NCBI GenBank assembly: GCA_900548115.1
Contig: URJL01000005.1
Coordinates: 2,434 to 66,433, forward strand
Source: an uncultured Eubacteriales bacterium
Lineage (GTDB): Bacteria; Bacillota; Clostridia; Oscillospirales; CAG-382
DNA: 64,000 nt
Reading direction: 5' to 3'
The translations under genes were made by a program, and so were the position numbers. This document shows, in pieces, positions 20,122-29,099 of the stretch. The notes beneath the pieces are model-generated. The model was not told the origin of the DNA. It made no database searches and was given only the letters and a program-made list of their open reading frames with translations. How positions within the stretch are numbered: the first letter of the stretch is position 1; every line of letters starts with the position of its first letter.

Positions 20122-21078
20122 ATGGGTGAATATCTCACCCCCTGCACCGTGACTCTTTCGCCCGCCGTCGACGTATATCTTTCGCTTCCGACTCTTTCGG
20201 TCGGGCGGGAGAGCGAAGCGACGCTTCTCGGGCGGTACGCGGGCGGAAAAGGCTTGAACGTCTCGGCGGCGCTCGACGCCTTCGGGACGGAAAACCGTGC
20301 GTTTTGCCTTTTGGGCGAAAAAAGCGCCGCGTCGTTTTTATCCTTTCCGCACCTTCCGAAAAATCTCGTTCCGTTTTCCGCGGGCGGCTCGGTTCGCGAG
20401 AACATCACGATCAAGAGCGCCGAGGGCGAGACACGCGTAAGTCTTCCCGCCGAGACAGTCGACGAAAAGACCCTTTCGGCGTTTTTTGAAAAGATTCCGT
20501 CGGGAAAGCGCTTTGTCGCCTTTTGCGGAAGCGCTCCGCGCGGCGTTTCCGAGGATTTTTTGACCGATGCTCTGCTTTCTTTAAAAAAACGGGGCGCGCT
20601 TTTGCTGTGCGATTCCCGTTCGCTCTCGGCGTCGTCGCTCCGAAAGCTCCGTCCGTACTGTATCAAGCCGAACGAATTTGAATTTTCCGTTCTGTGCGGA
20701 AACGACGCGGAGCGCGCGGCGGAATTTTCCGAAAACGTCCTTTTGACGTGCGGCGGAAAAGAGGGCTTTTTTCTTTCGCAAACCGAAAAATTTCGCTTAA
20801 TCCCGCCGCAAATTTCTCCCGTTTCGACGGTCGGGGCGGGAGACAGCACCCTTGCCGGCTTTATCGCGGGAAAAATGCGCGGACTTTCCGACGCCGAGAG
20901 CGCCCGTCTTGCCTTTGCTTTCGGGAGCGCCGCCTGTCTTACCGAGGGAACGACGCCGCCCGAAAAAGAAGCGATCGAGGCGCTTTATCAAAAGGTGAAG
21001 ATCCGACCCGAAGGCACTTTGCACTCCGCTTTTTTAAAAGCCCGAAAACAAACGGAAAATAAAGGAGAAACGTCATGA
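20122..21078 (+). CDS. PfkB-family sugar(-phosphate) kinase (1-phosphofructokinase/tagatose-6-P kinase-like)
   Basis: TVTLSPAVDVY...GGKGLNVSAAL N-terminal signature and the C-terminal VGAGDSTLAGF signature. Confidence 0.78.
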   Translation: MGEYLTPCTVTLSPAVDVYLSLPTLSVGRESEATLLGRYAGGKGLNVSAALDAFGTENRAFCLLGEKSAASFLSFPHLPKNLVPFSAGGSVRENITIKSAEGETRVSLPAETVDEKTLSAFFEKIPSGKRFVAFCGSAPRGVSEDFLTDALLSLKKRGALLLCDSRSLSASSLRKLRPYCIKPNEFEFSVLCGNDAERAAEFSENVLLTCGGKEGFFLSQTEKFRLIPPQISPVSTVGAGDSTLAGFIAGKMRGLSDAESARLAFAFGSAACLTEGTTPPEKEAIEALYQKVKIRPEGTLHSAFLKARKQTENKGETS

Positions 21079-23042
21079 ACCGATTTTTGTCCGGTCTTTT
21101 GACCGTTCCGCTGATCGCGGCGCAGGGACTTTTAAATGTCCGACCGCCCGAACTTTCCGTCGGCGTCACCGTGATCGCGCACGGCGGCGCAAGCGATTAT
21201 ATTTTGGTGCGCCCGTCGGACAGCCCGTTTGCCGTCACGGCGGCAGCGACCAATCTTTCGCGAAGCGTGAAAAAAGAGACCGGCGTCGTTCTTTCGCAAT
21301 ACACCGACGAAAGCCTGCCGAAAGATAAAAGCTCGGTCAAAAAGCAAAAGTTCATCCGCATCGGCTTTCCCGAGGATGAAGACGCGCTTTCGGTTCCCCT
21401 CGCCTTTCGCGATTTTGCCGTTTTCACCGACGACGGCGATCTTTGCGTCACGGCGGGCAACGAAAAAGCCTACGCCGACGCGGTCGAATTTATCGCCGGG
21501 AAATATCTGCGCGACGGCAGTTTTATCGTGCCGAACACGCCGTATGTTTTCCACGACACTTACCGCTTCGAAACCCGAACGCTTTTCGGAACGCCGCTTT
21601 CCGACTGCGCACTGCTTTATGAAAACGCGGCGGGCAAGGCGCTCTGCGACGAGCTTTCCGCTCTCATCCGCGAAAACTGCGGCCGTGCGCCGCACGTTTC
21701 GGAGGCTCCCAATGCTTCCAATACCGCGGACACATATATCCGCTTCGGCGCGGGAACGGGACTTTCGAAGGCGGAATACCGCATAACGGCGGAAAACGGC
21801 GGCATTTTTCTTACCTCGCCCACGGGTGAGGGACTGCGCGCGGCATACGATCTTATGTGCGAAGCGCTGTTTCCGGATTCGGCAAAGGAGAGCTTGGAAA
21901 AGATGAACATAACGGGAAAGCTTGAAAAAACCACGGTTTACGAAAAGGACATTGCCTATCGCGCACCCCTTGCGAACACGCTTTATCGGCTGGAAAAGGA
22001 CAAAAAACTGCGCGTCGCCTACTTCGGCGGCTCGGTCACGGTCGGCTACGGTGCAAGCGACACCGAAAAATATTCGTGGCGCGCCCGCACGACGGCATGG
22101 CTGAGGGAAGCCTTTCCCGACGCGGACATCACCGAAATAAACGCCGCGATCGGCGCGACCGGCTCCTACCTCGGTTCTTTCCGCACCGAGCGGGACATCG
22201 TTTCGCAAAAGCCCGATCTTTTGTTCGTCGAATTTGCTATCAATGATGTGTACAACGGTGAAACGATAAAGAGCGCCGAGCTGCATTACGAATCGATCGT
22301 GCGTCAGGTGCGAAAGGCGCTTCCCTTCTGCGACATCGTCGCGGTCTTTACCACCGATTCGGGACGAACCGCGTCGGGCGGCGATTATATGCAGCAAAAG
22401 GGACATGACGCCATAGCGAAGCTTTATGACATTCCGTCGGTCAACATCGGACGGGCGCTGACGCGCAGCAAAAACCTCTCGGGCACGGTAAACGACGAAT
22501 GGAAAAAGTATTTTACCGACATCGTACATATGACCGACGAGGGCTACGGCGAATATGCTTCGGTGATAAAAGAATTTTTGCGCAACGAATTGCTTTTCGG
22601 CGGCGCTTCGCTCACGGAACACGCGATGCCCGATGCAAAATATGCCGAAGCGGACGTTTTGCCGCGCTATGAGGTCGCCTCAAAAGATCATCTCAAGGGC
22701 GCGAACGGCTGGCGCTTTGACGAAGGCTCGTTCCAAAATCTGCCGCTTACGCCGTATAAAGGCTTTCTTTACACAAACGAGAAAGAAAACACCCTCACCT
22801 ATACTTTCGAGGGCACTGAGCTTGCTCTGTTCCTCGGCAATTATACCGCGGGAACGATCCGTTATTCGGTTGACGGCGGTAAAGAGAAGAGCGCCGTGCG
22901 CAGCTCGATGAACAATCCGTTTGTTTTGGCAAAAGAGCTTCCGAACGGGAAACACACCGTCACGCTTTCGGTCGCCTTTTCCGACAACACAAGCACCTCG
23001 TGCAGAATCGGCGCATTTTTGCCGCGCGCGCAGGCCGACTGA
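21075..23042 (+). CDS. multi-domain SGNH/GDSL-type hydrolase
   Basis: Central SGNH domain: block I VAYFGGSVTVGYG, FVEFAINDV, block V DIVHMTDEGY (DxxH). About 300-aa unassigned N-terminal part with a hydrophobic N-terminus, and a C-terminal beta-rich tail. ATGA overlap with the upstream kinase. Confidence 0.7.
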   Translation: MNRFLSGLLTVPLIAAQGLLNVRPPELSVGVTVIAHGGASDYILVRPSDSPFAVTAAATNLSRSVKKETGVVLSQYTDESLPKDKSSVKKQKFIRIGFPEDEDALSVPLAFRDFAVFTDDGDLCVTAGNEKAYADAVEFIAGKYLRDGSFIVPNTPYVFHDTYRFETRTLFGTPLSDCALLYENAAGKALCDELSALIRENCGRAPHVSEAPNASNTADTYIRFGAGTGLSKAEYRITAENGGIFLTSPTGEGLRAAYDLMCEALFPDSAKESLEKMNITGKLEKTTVYEKDIAYRAPLANTLYRLEKDKKLRVAYFGGSVTVGYGASDTEKYSWRARTTAWLREAFPDADITEINAAIGATGSYLGSFRTERDIVSQKPDLLFVEFAINDVYNGETIKSAELHYESIVRQVRKALPFCDIVAVFTTDSGRTASGGDYMQQKGHDAIAKLYDIPSVNIGRALTRSKNLSGTVNDEWKKYFTDIVHMTDEGYGEYASVIKEFLRNELLFGGASLTEHAMPDAKYAEADVLPRYEVASKDHLKGANGWRFDEGSFQNLPLTPYKGFLYTNEKENTLTYTFEGTELALFLGNYTAGTIRYSVDGGKEKSAVRSSMNNPFVLAKELPNGKHTVTLSVAFSDNTSTSCRIGAFLPRAQAD

Positions 23043-23067
23043 CGGCAAAGTCCGCATAAGACCGCTG

Positions 23068-23097
23068 AAAGCCCCTCCTTTCGGAGGGGCTTTATTT
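23068..23097 (+). terminator. intrinsic terminator after the SGNH gene
   Basis: GAAAGCCCCTCC-TTTC-GGAGGGGCTTT followed by ATTTGC. Confidence 0.7.
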
Positions 23098-23116
23098 GCT
23101 GTGCAAAGCACACAAA

Positions 23117-23150
23117 GCGGGAGAGCTTTCGCTCTCCCGCTTTTCGTTTT
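23117..23150. terminator. second convergent-gene terminator hairpin
   Basis: GCGGGAGAGC-TTTC-GCTCTCCCGC followed by TTTTCGTTTTC. Lies between the convergent + and - genes. Confidence 0.6.
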
Positions 23151-23159
23151 CATTCCGTT

Positions 23160-24401
23160 TTACAGCGTAAAGACGGTATGACGGTAAACCGTGTTTTCTT
23201 CTTCCAGCTTTTTTATGTACGCGTCGTATTCTTCGTCGCTCGTCTTGTCTTTCCATACGAGAGGCTGTCCTTCGGGACAAATAAAAGTGTTGCCGAAGAT
23301 TTTGTAATCCTTCGGAATATCACACGCGCCGCCCGATTTAAAGATCGACATATTGCGTGCATTGACAAAGGTATTGCCCGTAATTGTGATATCGCATACG
23401 GGCGTTTCGATGCCGTACATCAAAAGATGGGTCGAAGCCGTTTTATCGGGACGAACGGCATAACTCCAACCATAGCCTGATTCGATGCAAAGATTGTTTT
23501 CGAACCGACAGTTGATAAAGCCGCTTCCGGGGGTCTTTCCCGACGACCATATTTCAAAGCTGTGCTGATTGTTCCACATAATGTTGTCGGTAAAGACCAC
23601 ATTTTCCCAGCTTATATCTCCGGGATACCCCTGCATGGTGACGGCGACATCGTAGATGCCCGAGAATTTGCAATGCTCGACCGTGACAAAGCGTGAATGA
23701 CTTCCGCATTCCACGCCATTACCGTAACGGGTATTGGGAGTCGGAAAGGCTTGCAGATGCGATCCGCCGATCTCATGAAACTCACAGTGCGAGATCAGCG
23801 CATGCGTTCCGGTTCCGCAGATACCATGAGCGCCGGTACCGGTGACGACAATGTTTTCCACCTTCATGTACTGCGTAAAATTGATCCCGTTGATCTGACA
23901 GGCAAATCGAATATCCTCCGACAGCTCGGCGGGATCTTTTTCCGAATAAACATAGACAGCCTTTTCATCGCTGTAAAAATCCCATTGTGCGGAAAGCCCC
24001 TCAAGATCAAAGATCTTGTGCGGAAAGACCTTTCCCGAGACCTTTAAAAAACCGACATTGGCATTTTGATCAAAAATATTGCCCGTGATCTTGTCGGGAT
24101 TCAAAAGATCAATCTTATAAACGTTTCCCGAGACCTTTTCCCAAGCGTCGGGCTTTGCGATCTTATAAAGGGAAAGAACGGGCTTTTTACCTTCACCGTA
24201 AGTTCCGACAGCGGTGGGCGTTTCGAGACCCGTCCCCTCCGGGATCTGCAAATGACCGTAAAAAGTATCGCCGCGGCGAAGCAGCACCGTGTCTCCGCCC
24301 GTGATCGTTTCCCGAGCTTTTTTGATCGTGGCAAACGCACTTTCGGGCGAAAGACCGCTGTTTGTGTCACGCCCATTGTTCGATACGTAATAAATACTCA
24401 T
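23160..24401 (-). CDS. right-handed parallel beta-helix repeat protein, paralog 1 (no signal peptide)
   Basis: MSIYYVSNNGRDTNSGLSPESAFATIKKA N-terminus is typical of pectate-lyase-fold/CASH proteins. Repeated G-x-H/N-rich rungs (TGTGAHGICG, HCEFHEIGGSHL, RYGNGVECG, IMWNNQHSFEIW, NNLCIESGYGW). Confidence 0.75.
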   Translation of the reverse strand: MSIYYVSNNGRDTNSGLSPESAFATIKKARETITGGDTVLLRRGDTFYGHLQIPEGTGLETPTAVGTYGEGKKPVLSLYKIAKPDAWEKVSGNVYKIDLLNPDKITGNIFDQNANVGFLKVSGKVFPHKIFDLEGLSAQWDFYSDEKAVYVYSEKDPAELSEDIRFACQINGINFTQYMKVENIVVTGTGAHGICGTGTHALISHCEFHEIGGSHLQAFPTPNTRYGNGVECGSHSRFVTVEHCKFSGIYDVAVTMQGYPGDISWENVVFTDNIMWNNQHSFEIWSSGKTPGSGFINCRFENNLCIESGYGWSYAVRPDKTASTHLLMYGIETPVCDITITGNTFVNARNMSIFKSGGACDIPKDYKIFGNTFICPEGQPLVWKDKTSDEEYDAYIKKLEEENTVYRHTVFTL

Positions 24402-24440
24402 ATTTTTCCTTTTTCTTTTCCTCTCGGTTTCGTCGTCCGA

Positions 24441-25679
24441 TCAAAGAGTAAAGACCGTGTGACGGTAGACGGTGTTTTCCGTCTCCAGCTTCTTTATGTA
24501 CGCGTCGTATTCTTCGTCGCTCGTGTTTTCTTTCCAAGCAAGCATCTGTCCCTCGGGGCAAATGATCGTGTTGCCGAAAATGCGGTAATCGTGCGGGATC
24601 TTTGCCGTTCCGCCGGTTTTGAAGATCGTCATGGCGCGCGGATTGACAAAGGTGTTGCCGCTTACGGTGATGTCGCATATAGGGCAGTCCAGATGATACA
24701 TCAGAAGATGCGTGGACGCGGTTTTGTCGGGACGAACCGCGTAACTCCAGCCGTAACCCGATTCGATACAGAGATTGTTGCGGAAGCTGCAATTTACGAA
24801 ACCGCTGTTCGGCAGATTGCCGCTGCACCAGATTTCAAAACTGTGCTGATTGTTCCACATGATATTGTTGTCAAAGTGAACGTTTTCCCAATTGTGCTCA
24901 TGCGGACAGCCCTGCATCGTCACGGCAACGTCGTAGATACCCGAAAACTTGCAGTATTCCACCGTAATGTCGTGCGAATTTCCGCCGCATTCCACACCGT
25001 TTCCGTAACGGGTGTTGGGAGTCGAGAACCCTTTCAGGTGCGAGCCGCCGATTTCATGAAATTCGCAGTGCGAAATGTGCGTATACGAACCTCTGCCGCA
25101 GATACCGTGCGCGCCGGTGCCCATAAACGTAATGTTTTCGACCTTCACATACGTGCTCAGCAGCATGCAGTGGATGTTGCAGGCGATGCGGATGTCGTCC
25201 GAAAGCTCGGACGGCGCTTTTTCGGAATAGACGTACATATATTGCTTTTCGCTGAAAAAGTCCCACTGAGCGGCAAGCTTGTCGTACTCGAAAATCTTAT
25301 GGGGATAGATTTTTCCCGAGACCTTGATAAAGCCGACATTGTCGTCGCCGTCGATCACGTTTCCCGTGTACTTTGACGTATCCCAAAGGTCGATACGGTA
25401 GATATTTTCCGAAACCTTTTCCCATGCGTCCGCTTTTGCGATCTTATATTCGGAGAGGATCGGATTTCTTCCCTCGCCGTAAGCGCCGAAGGTCGTCGGC
25501 TGTTCCTCCGTTCCCATCGGGGGACGGATCTGTCCGAAAAAGGTGTCGCCGCGGCGCAGAAGAAGAGTGTCGCCGCCCTGTATCGTCTCGCGCGCTTTTC
25601 CGATCGTCTCAAAGGCTTTTTCGGGGGAAAGACCGTCGTTTGCGTCGTTTCCCGCACCGGATACATAATAAATACTCAT
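24441..25679 (-). CDS. right-handed parallel beta-helix repeat protein, paralog 2
   Basis: Collinear with paralogs 1 and 3 over the full length. Same motifs. C-terminus ...TSDEEYDAYIKKLETENTVYRHTVFTL. Confidence 0.75.
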   Translation of the reverse strand: MSIYYVSGAGNDANDGLSPEKAFETIGKARETIQGGDTLLLRRGDTFFGQIRPPMGTEEQPTTFGAYGEGRNPILSEYKIAKADAWEKVSENIYRIDLWDTSKYTGNVIDGDDNVGFIKVSGKIYPHKIFEYDKLAAQWDFFSEKQYMYVYSEKAPSELSDDIRIACNIHCMLLSTYVKVENITFMGTGAHGICGRGSYTHISHCEFHEIGGSHLKGFSTPNTRYGNGVECGGNSHDITVEYCKFSGIYDVAVTMQGCPHEHNWENVHFDNNIMWNNQHSFEIWCSGNLPNSGFVNCSFRNNLCIESGYGWSYAVRPDKTASTHLLMYHLDCPICDITVSGNTFVNPRAMTIFKTGGTAKIPHDYRIFGNTIICPEGQMLAWKENTSDEEYDAYIKKLETENTVYRHTVFTL

Positions 25680-25709
25680 CGTTTTTTCTCCTTTTGAAAA
25701 TCGGAAGGC

Positions 25710-26951
25710 TTACAGCGTAAAGACCGTGTGACGGTAGACCGTATTTTCTTCTTCCAGCTTCTTTACATATGCGTCATACTCTTCGTCGCTCGTCTTGTCC
25801 TTCCATGCAAGCGGCTGACCTTCGGGACAAATGATGGTGTTGCCGAAAATCTTATAATCCTTCGGCATTTGGCAAACGCCTCCCGCTTTAAAGACCGTCA
25901 TATTGCGTGCATTGACAAAAGTATTGCCCGTAACGGTGATGTCGCAAAGAGGACAACCGATTCCGTACAATAAAAGATGAGTCGAAGCGGTCTTGTCGGG
26001 ACGAACCGCGTAGCTCCAGCCGTAGCCCGATTCGATGCAGAGGTTGTTTTCAAAATGGCAATCGACAAAACCGGTGTCCGGTACATCGCCGCTTGACCAG
26101 ATCTCGAAGCAGTGCTGGTTGTTCCACATGATATTGTTGGTGAAATGCATATTGGTCCACGAGGTCTTGACGGGTCTGCCCTGCATGGTGATGGCAACGT
26201 CGTAAACGCCCGAGAATTTACAGTGATCGACCGTAATGTTGGCGGAGTTTGCCCAGCATTCCACGCCGTTGCCGTAACGGGTATTGGGCGTCGGGAAGCC
26301 GTTCAGCTCCGAGCCGCCGATCTCATGAAATTCACAGTTGTAAATATACGCGCCGTTCGAAACACCGTTGATACCGTGTGCGCCCGTGCCGCGGATAATA
26401 ATGTTTTCGACCTTCATGTGGGTTGTAAAAGGGATACAGCCGATCTGGCACGCGAAGCGGATGTCGTCCGAAAGCTCGGACGGGTTCTTTTCGGAATATA
26501 CGAAAACATACCGGTCGTCGTTATAAAAATCCCATTGAGCCGCAAGCTTTTCAAGTTCGAAGATCTTGTGCGGGAAGATCTTGTTCGAAACCTTCAGGAA
26601 TCCGACGTTGGTGTTGATCTCGGACGTGTTGCCCGTAAACTTTGCGGTATCGGTAAGATCAAGCTTGTAGACCTTTTCCGAGACCTGTTCCCAAGCGTCC
26701 GCATTTGCGATCTTATACTGCGAAAGAGTCGGCTTTGCGCCCTCGCCGTACGAACCGACGCTTGTCGGCTGTTCGGGAGAAATACCCGCCGGAAGCTTTA
26801 TCTGTCCGTAAAAGGTATCGCCGCAATGCAAAAGAACGGTATCGCCGCCCTTAAGAACCTCGCGAAGCTTTATAACGGTGGCAAACGCCTTTTCGGGCGA
26901 AAGTCCGTCGTTTGTGTCACAGCCCTTGTTCGATACATAATATGTACTCAT
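25710..26951 (-). CDS. right-handed parallel beta-helix repeat protein, paralog 3
   Basis: Collinear with paralogs 1 and 2. First gene of the tandem set, downstream of the candidate promoter at 27047-27076. Confidence 0.75.
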   Translation of the reverse strand: MSTYYVSNKGCDTNDGLSPEKAFATVIKLREVLKGGDTVLLHCGDTFYGQIKLPAGISPEQPTSVGSYGEGAKPTLSQYKIANADAWEQVSEKVYKLDLTDTAKFTGNTSEINTNVGFLKVSNKIFPHKIFELEKLAAQWDFYNDDRYVFVYSEKNPSELSDDIRFACQIGCIPFTTHMKVENIIIRGTGAHGINGVSNGAYIYNCEFHEIGGSELNGFPTPNTRYGNGVECWANSANITVDHCKFSGVYDVAITMQGRPVKTSWTNMHFTNNIMWNNQHCFEIWSSGDVPDTGFVDCHFENNLCIESGYGWSYAVRPDKTASTHLLLYGIGCPLCDITVTGNTFVNARNMTVFKAGGVCQMPKDYKIFGNTIICPEGQPLAWKDKTSDEEYDAYVKKLEEENTVYRHTVFTL

Positions 26952-27012
26952 TTTTCTGTCCTCCGTTATTCTTTTTGCGCCGTTCTTTGCCCGTTTTTAA
27001 GGGGCTGTCGGC

Positions 27013-27046
27013 ACAAAAAACTGGGGCGACCTTGTTCGGTCACCCC
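27013..27046 (-). terminator. intrinsic terminator downstream of folC (minus strand)
   Basis: Minus-strand RNA GGGGUGACC-GAACAA-GGUCGCCCC followed by AG-UUUUUU. The stem contains a G.U pair on the minus strand but a C.A mismatch on the plus strand, which argues for minus-strand function. Confidence 0.6.
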
Positions 27047-27076
27047 ATTATACACGGAAAAAAATCCCTTTGTCAA
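27047..27076 (-). promoter_or_regulatory. candidate sigma-A promoter of the beta-helix gene trio
   Basis: Minus strand: TTGACA (27076-27071), 18 nt, TATAAT (27052-27047). Directly abuts the terminator stem. Confidence 0.5.
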
Positions 27077-27212
27077 CCCTTTTTGCGAATTTCACAAAAA
27101 AGCTTTTAAAAAAAGCCTTTTTGTGTATCTTTTTCGCCGAAAAATCCAAAAATAGCTCGGTTTGTTCCCTGTGAAAAAACGATTTTTTCAACAATCGGAA
27201 GACAAAGTCGGT

Positions 27213-28496
27213 TCAAAGTGCAAGCCCTTCGACGGCGCTTCGCACCTCCTGCGAAAAATACAGCGTTCCGAGCGCGGCGCATACGCCGTCCTTTCCCGCA
27301 TTTTGTGCGGCGGCATTCACCGCCGTTTCGATCGAACCGAACGCTTCGGCTTTGCCGCCGAGAGAGCGGATTCTTTGCGCCAGTTCCTCCCCCGTCATGG
27401 CGCGTGGGTTGGGCGCGGTCACGGTATAAAAGCGCTCCGCCTCGGGAAGAAGGAGCGACAGCATCGTCGAAACATCCTTGTCCGCCATGGCGCCGAGAAC
27501 GAAGTGCAGCTTTTGCTCTCCGAAATATTGACGAATCGCGTCAACCGTCGCGCGCATGCCGTGCGGATTGTGCGAACCGTCGAGAAGAAAGACCGGCTCT
27601 TTGCGCAATACCTCAAAGCGCCCTTTCCAGACGACTTCGGAAAGTCCGCGGCGGATGTCTTCATCGGAAATGCTGTATCCCCGCATGCGGAGCACCCTTG
27701 CCGTTTCGATCGCAACGGCGGCATTGCACGGCTGGTAGGTCCCGATGAGGGGAAGGTGCAGACCGGAAAGCGCGCCGTAGGAAAAATCGATTCCGTCGAG
27801 CGAATATTTCTGTACCGAAAGAAGCGAAAAATCGGGTGCGGTAAGCGGGCAATGCTTTTCCTTTGCCGCCGAACGAATGACCTTTTCGACGCTTTCTTTT
27901 TCGGGATACATCACGACGGGCGCATTTTCTTTTAAAATTCCCGCCTTGACGGCGGCGATTTTTTCAACGGTATCGCCGAGATACGCGGTGTGATCCAATC
28001 CGATCGCACAGATGACCGAGCAGGCACATTCGGGCGCTTCGATAACGTTCGTGGAATCGAGCGTTCCGCCCATTCCGACCTCCAGAACCACAAGATCACA
28101 CTTTTTCTCGAGAAAATACAGCATGGCGGCGGCGGTGATGACCTCAAATTCGGTCGGCGGGTCGTCGGTCATGGCATCAGCGGCGGGACGGATGGTCTCC
28201 ACAATATGAATCAGCTCATCGTCCGTGATGTTTTGCCCGTCGACCTGCATACGCTCGTTAAAAACCGTAATGTAGGGCGAGGTGTAAAGCCCGACGCAAA
28301 ATCCGCTTTCGCGCAGAATCGACGCGATCATGGCACAGGTCGAGCCTTTGCCGTTCGTGCCCGCAACGTGAACGAATTTCAGCGATTTCTGCGGGTCGCC
28401 GAGCGCACCGAGAAGGCGGCGCGTGCGCGAAAGTCCCGGCTTTGTGCCGAGCCATTTGGTTTTGTGGATATACGAAAGTGCCTCTTCAATGTTCAT
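27213..28496 (-). CDS. folC: bifunctional folylpolyglutamate synthase / dihydrofolate synthase
   Basis: Mur-ligase P-loop HVAGTNGKGST. Overall FolC sequence (GLYTSPYI, VLEVGMGG, LDGSHNPHG). 4-nt overlap with folT. Confidence 0.92.
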   Translation of the reverse strand: MNIEEALSYIHKTKWLGTKPGLSRTRRLLGALGDPQKSLKFVHVAGTNGKGSTCAMIASILRESGFCVGLYTSPYITVFNERMQVDGQNITDDELIHIVETIRPAADAMTDDPPTEFEVITAAAMLYFLEKKCDLVVLEVGMGGTLDSTNVIEAPECACSVICAIGLDHTAYLGDTVEKIAAVKAGILKENAPVVMYPEKESVEKVIRSAAKEKHCPLTAPDFSLLSVQKYSLDGIDFSYGALSGLHLPLIGTYQPCNAAVAIETARVLRMRGYSISDEDIRRGLSEVVWKGRFEVLRKEPVFLLDGSHNPHGMRATVDAIRQYFGEQKLHFVLGAMADKDVSTMLSLLLPEAERFYTVTAPNPRAMTGEELAQRIRSLGGKAEAFGSIETAVNAAAQNAGKDGVCAALGTLYFSQEVRSAVEGLAL

Positions 28497-29026
28497 TTTT
28501 TAACAACTCCCCGTTCGGAAAAATACGGATGACGGATCAAAAGACAAAGCGCGGCGGCGTCGAGAACCGTCTCGATCGCGGCAAACGGAATCCGTGCGAC
28601 AAGGGTCGGGAAAAACGGACTGCCGAACATCACCGACAAAACGGCGGTCTTATACAGCACAGCGGCAAAAAGATTGGTCAGAACAACGCTTGCAATCAGA
28701 AGAAAAACGCGTCCGCGCGCGGGCAGGATCTTTCCCGAAAGACGATAGACCGCCGGCGGCAAAACACCGATCAGCCCCATGCCGACCGAAAGCGGAACAT
28801 TCGGCGCATAGCCCGAAAGAAAACAGCCGATAACATCGGCGAGAATGCCGCAGATTCCGCCGTACAAGGGACCGCAGAAAATGCCCGCCGCCATGACGGG
28901 AATGTTCCCGAGCGTAAGGCGCACGGTGCTCGAGCTCGGCGAAAAGCCGAGATAGCGGGTCAGAACGACGCTCAGCGCCGTTAAAATTCCCGTGGCGGTA
29001 ATGCAATAGATTGTTTTGTGCTTCAT
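28493..29026 (-). CDS. folT: folate-family ECF transporter S component
   Basis: Start at ATG 29026 (MKHKTIYCITATGILTALSVVLTRYLGF...LTLGNIPVMAAGIFCGPLYGG). Six-TM S-component pattern. Preceded by a THF riboswitch and followed by folC. Confidence 0.85.
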   Translation of the reverse strand: MKHKTIYCITATGILTALSVVLTRYLGFSPSSSTVRLTLGNIPVMAAGIFCGPLYGGICGILADVIGCFLSGYAPNVPLSVGMGLIGVLPPAVYRLSGKILPARGRVFLLIASVVLTNLFAAVLYKTAVLSVMFGSPFFPTLVARIPFAAIETVLDAAALCLLIRHPYFSERGVVKK

Positions 29027-29099
29027 AAAAAGCCCTCCTTGAAATAAAGAAAATGCGACAGAGAGCCGCATTTCAAAAAGGATAGAGCCTATGAAGTGC

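Noticed and set aside
23160-26951. Beta-helix proteins as phage tailspike or depolymerase remnants of a prophage.
   Set aside because: No integrase, capsid, tail, terminase, lysis or att-like features lie nearby. The flanks are housekeeping or metabolic genes, and the three genes are intact and equally sized.
24066-27155. + strand ORFs of 436 and 347 aa opposite the beta-helix genes.
   Set aside because: These are shadow ORFs. The minus-strand frames are conserved as three collinear paralogs with RBSs, whereas the plus-strand translations are low-complexity.
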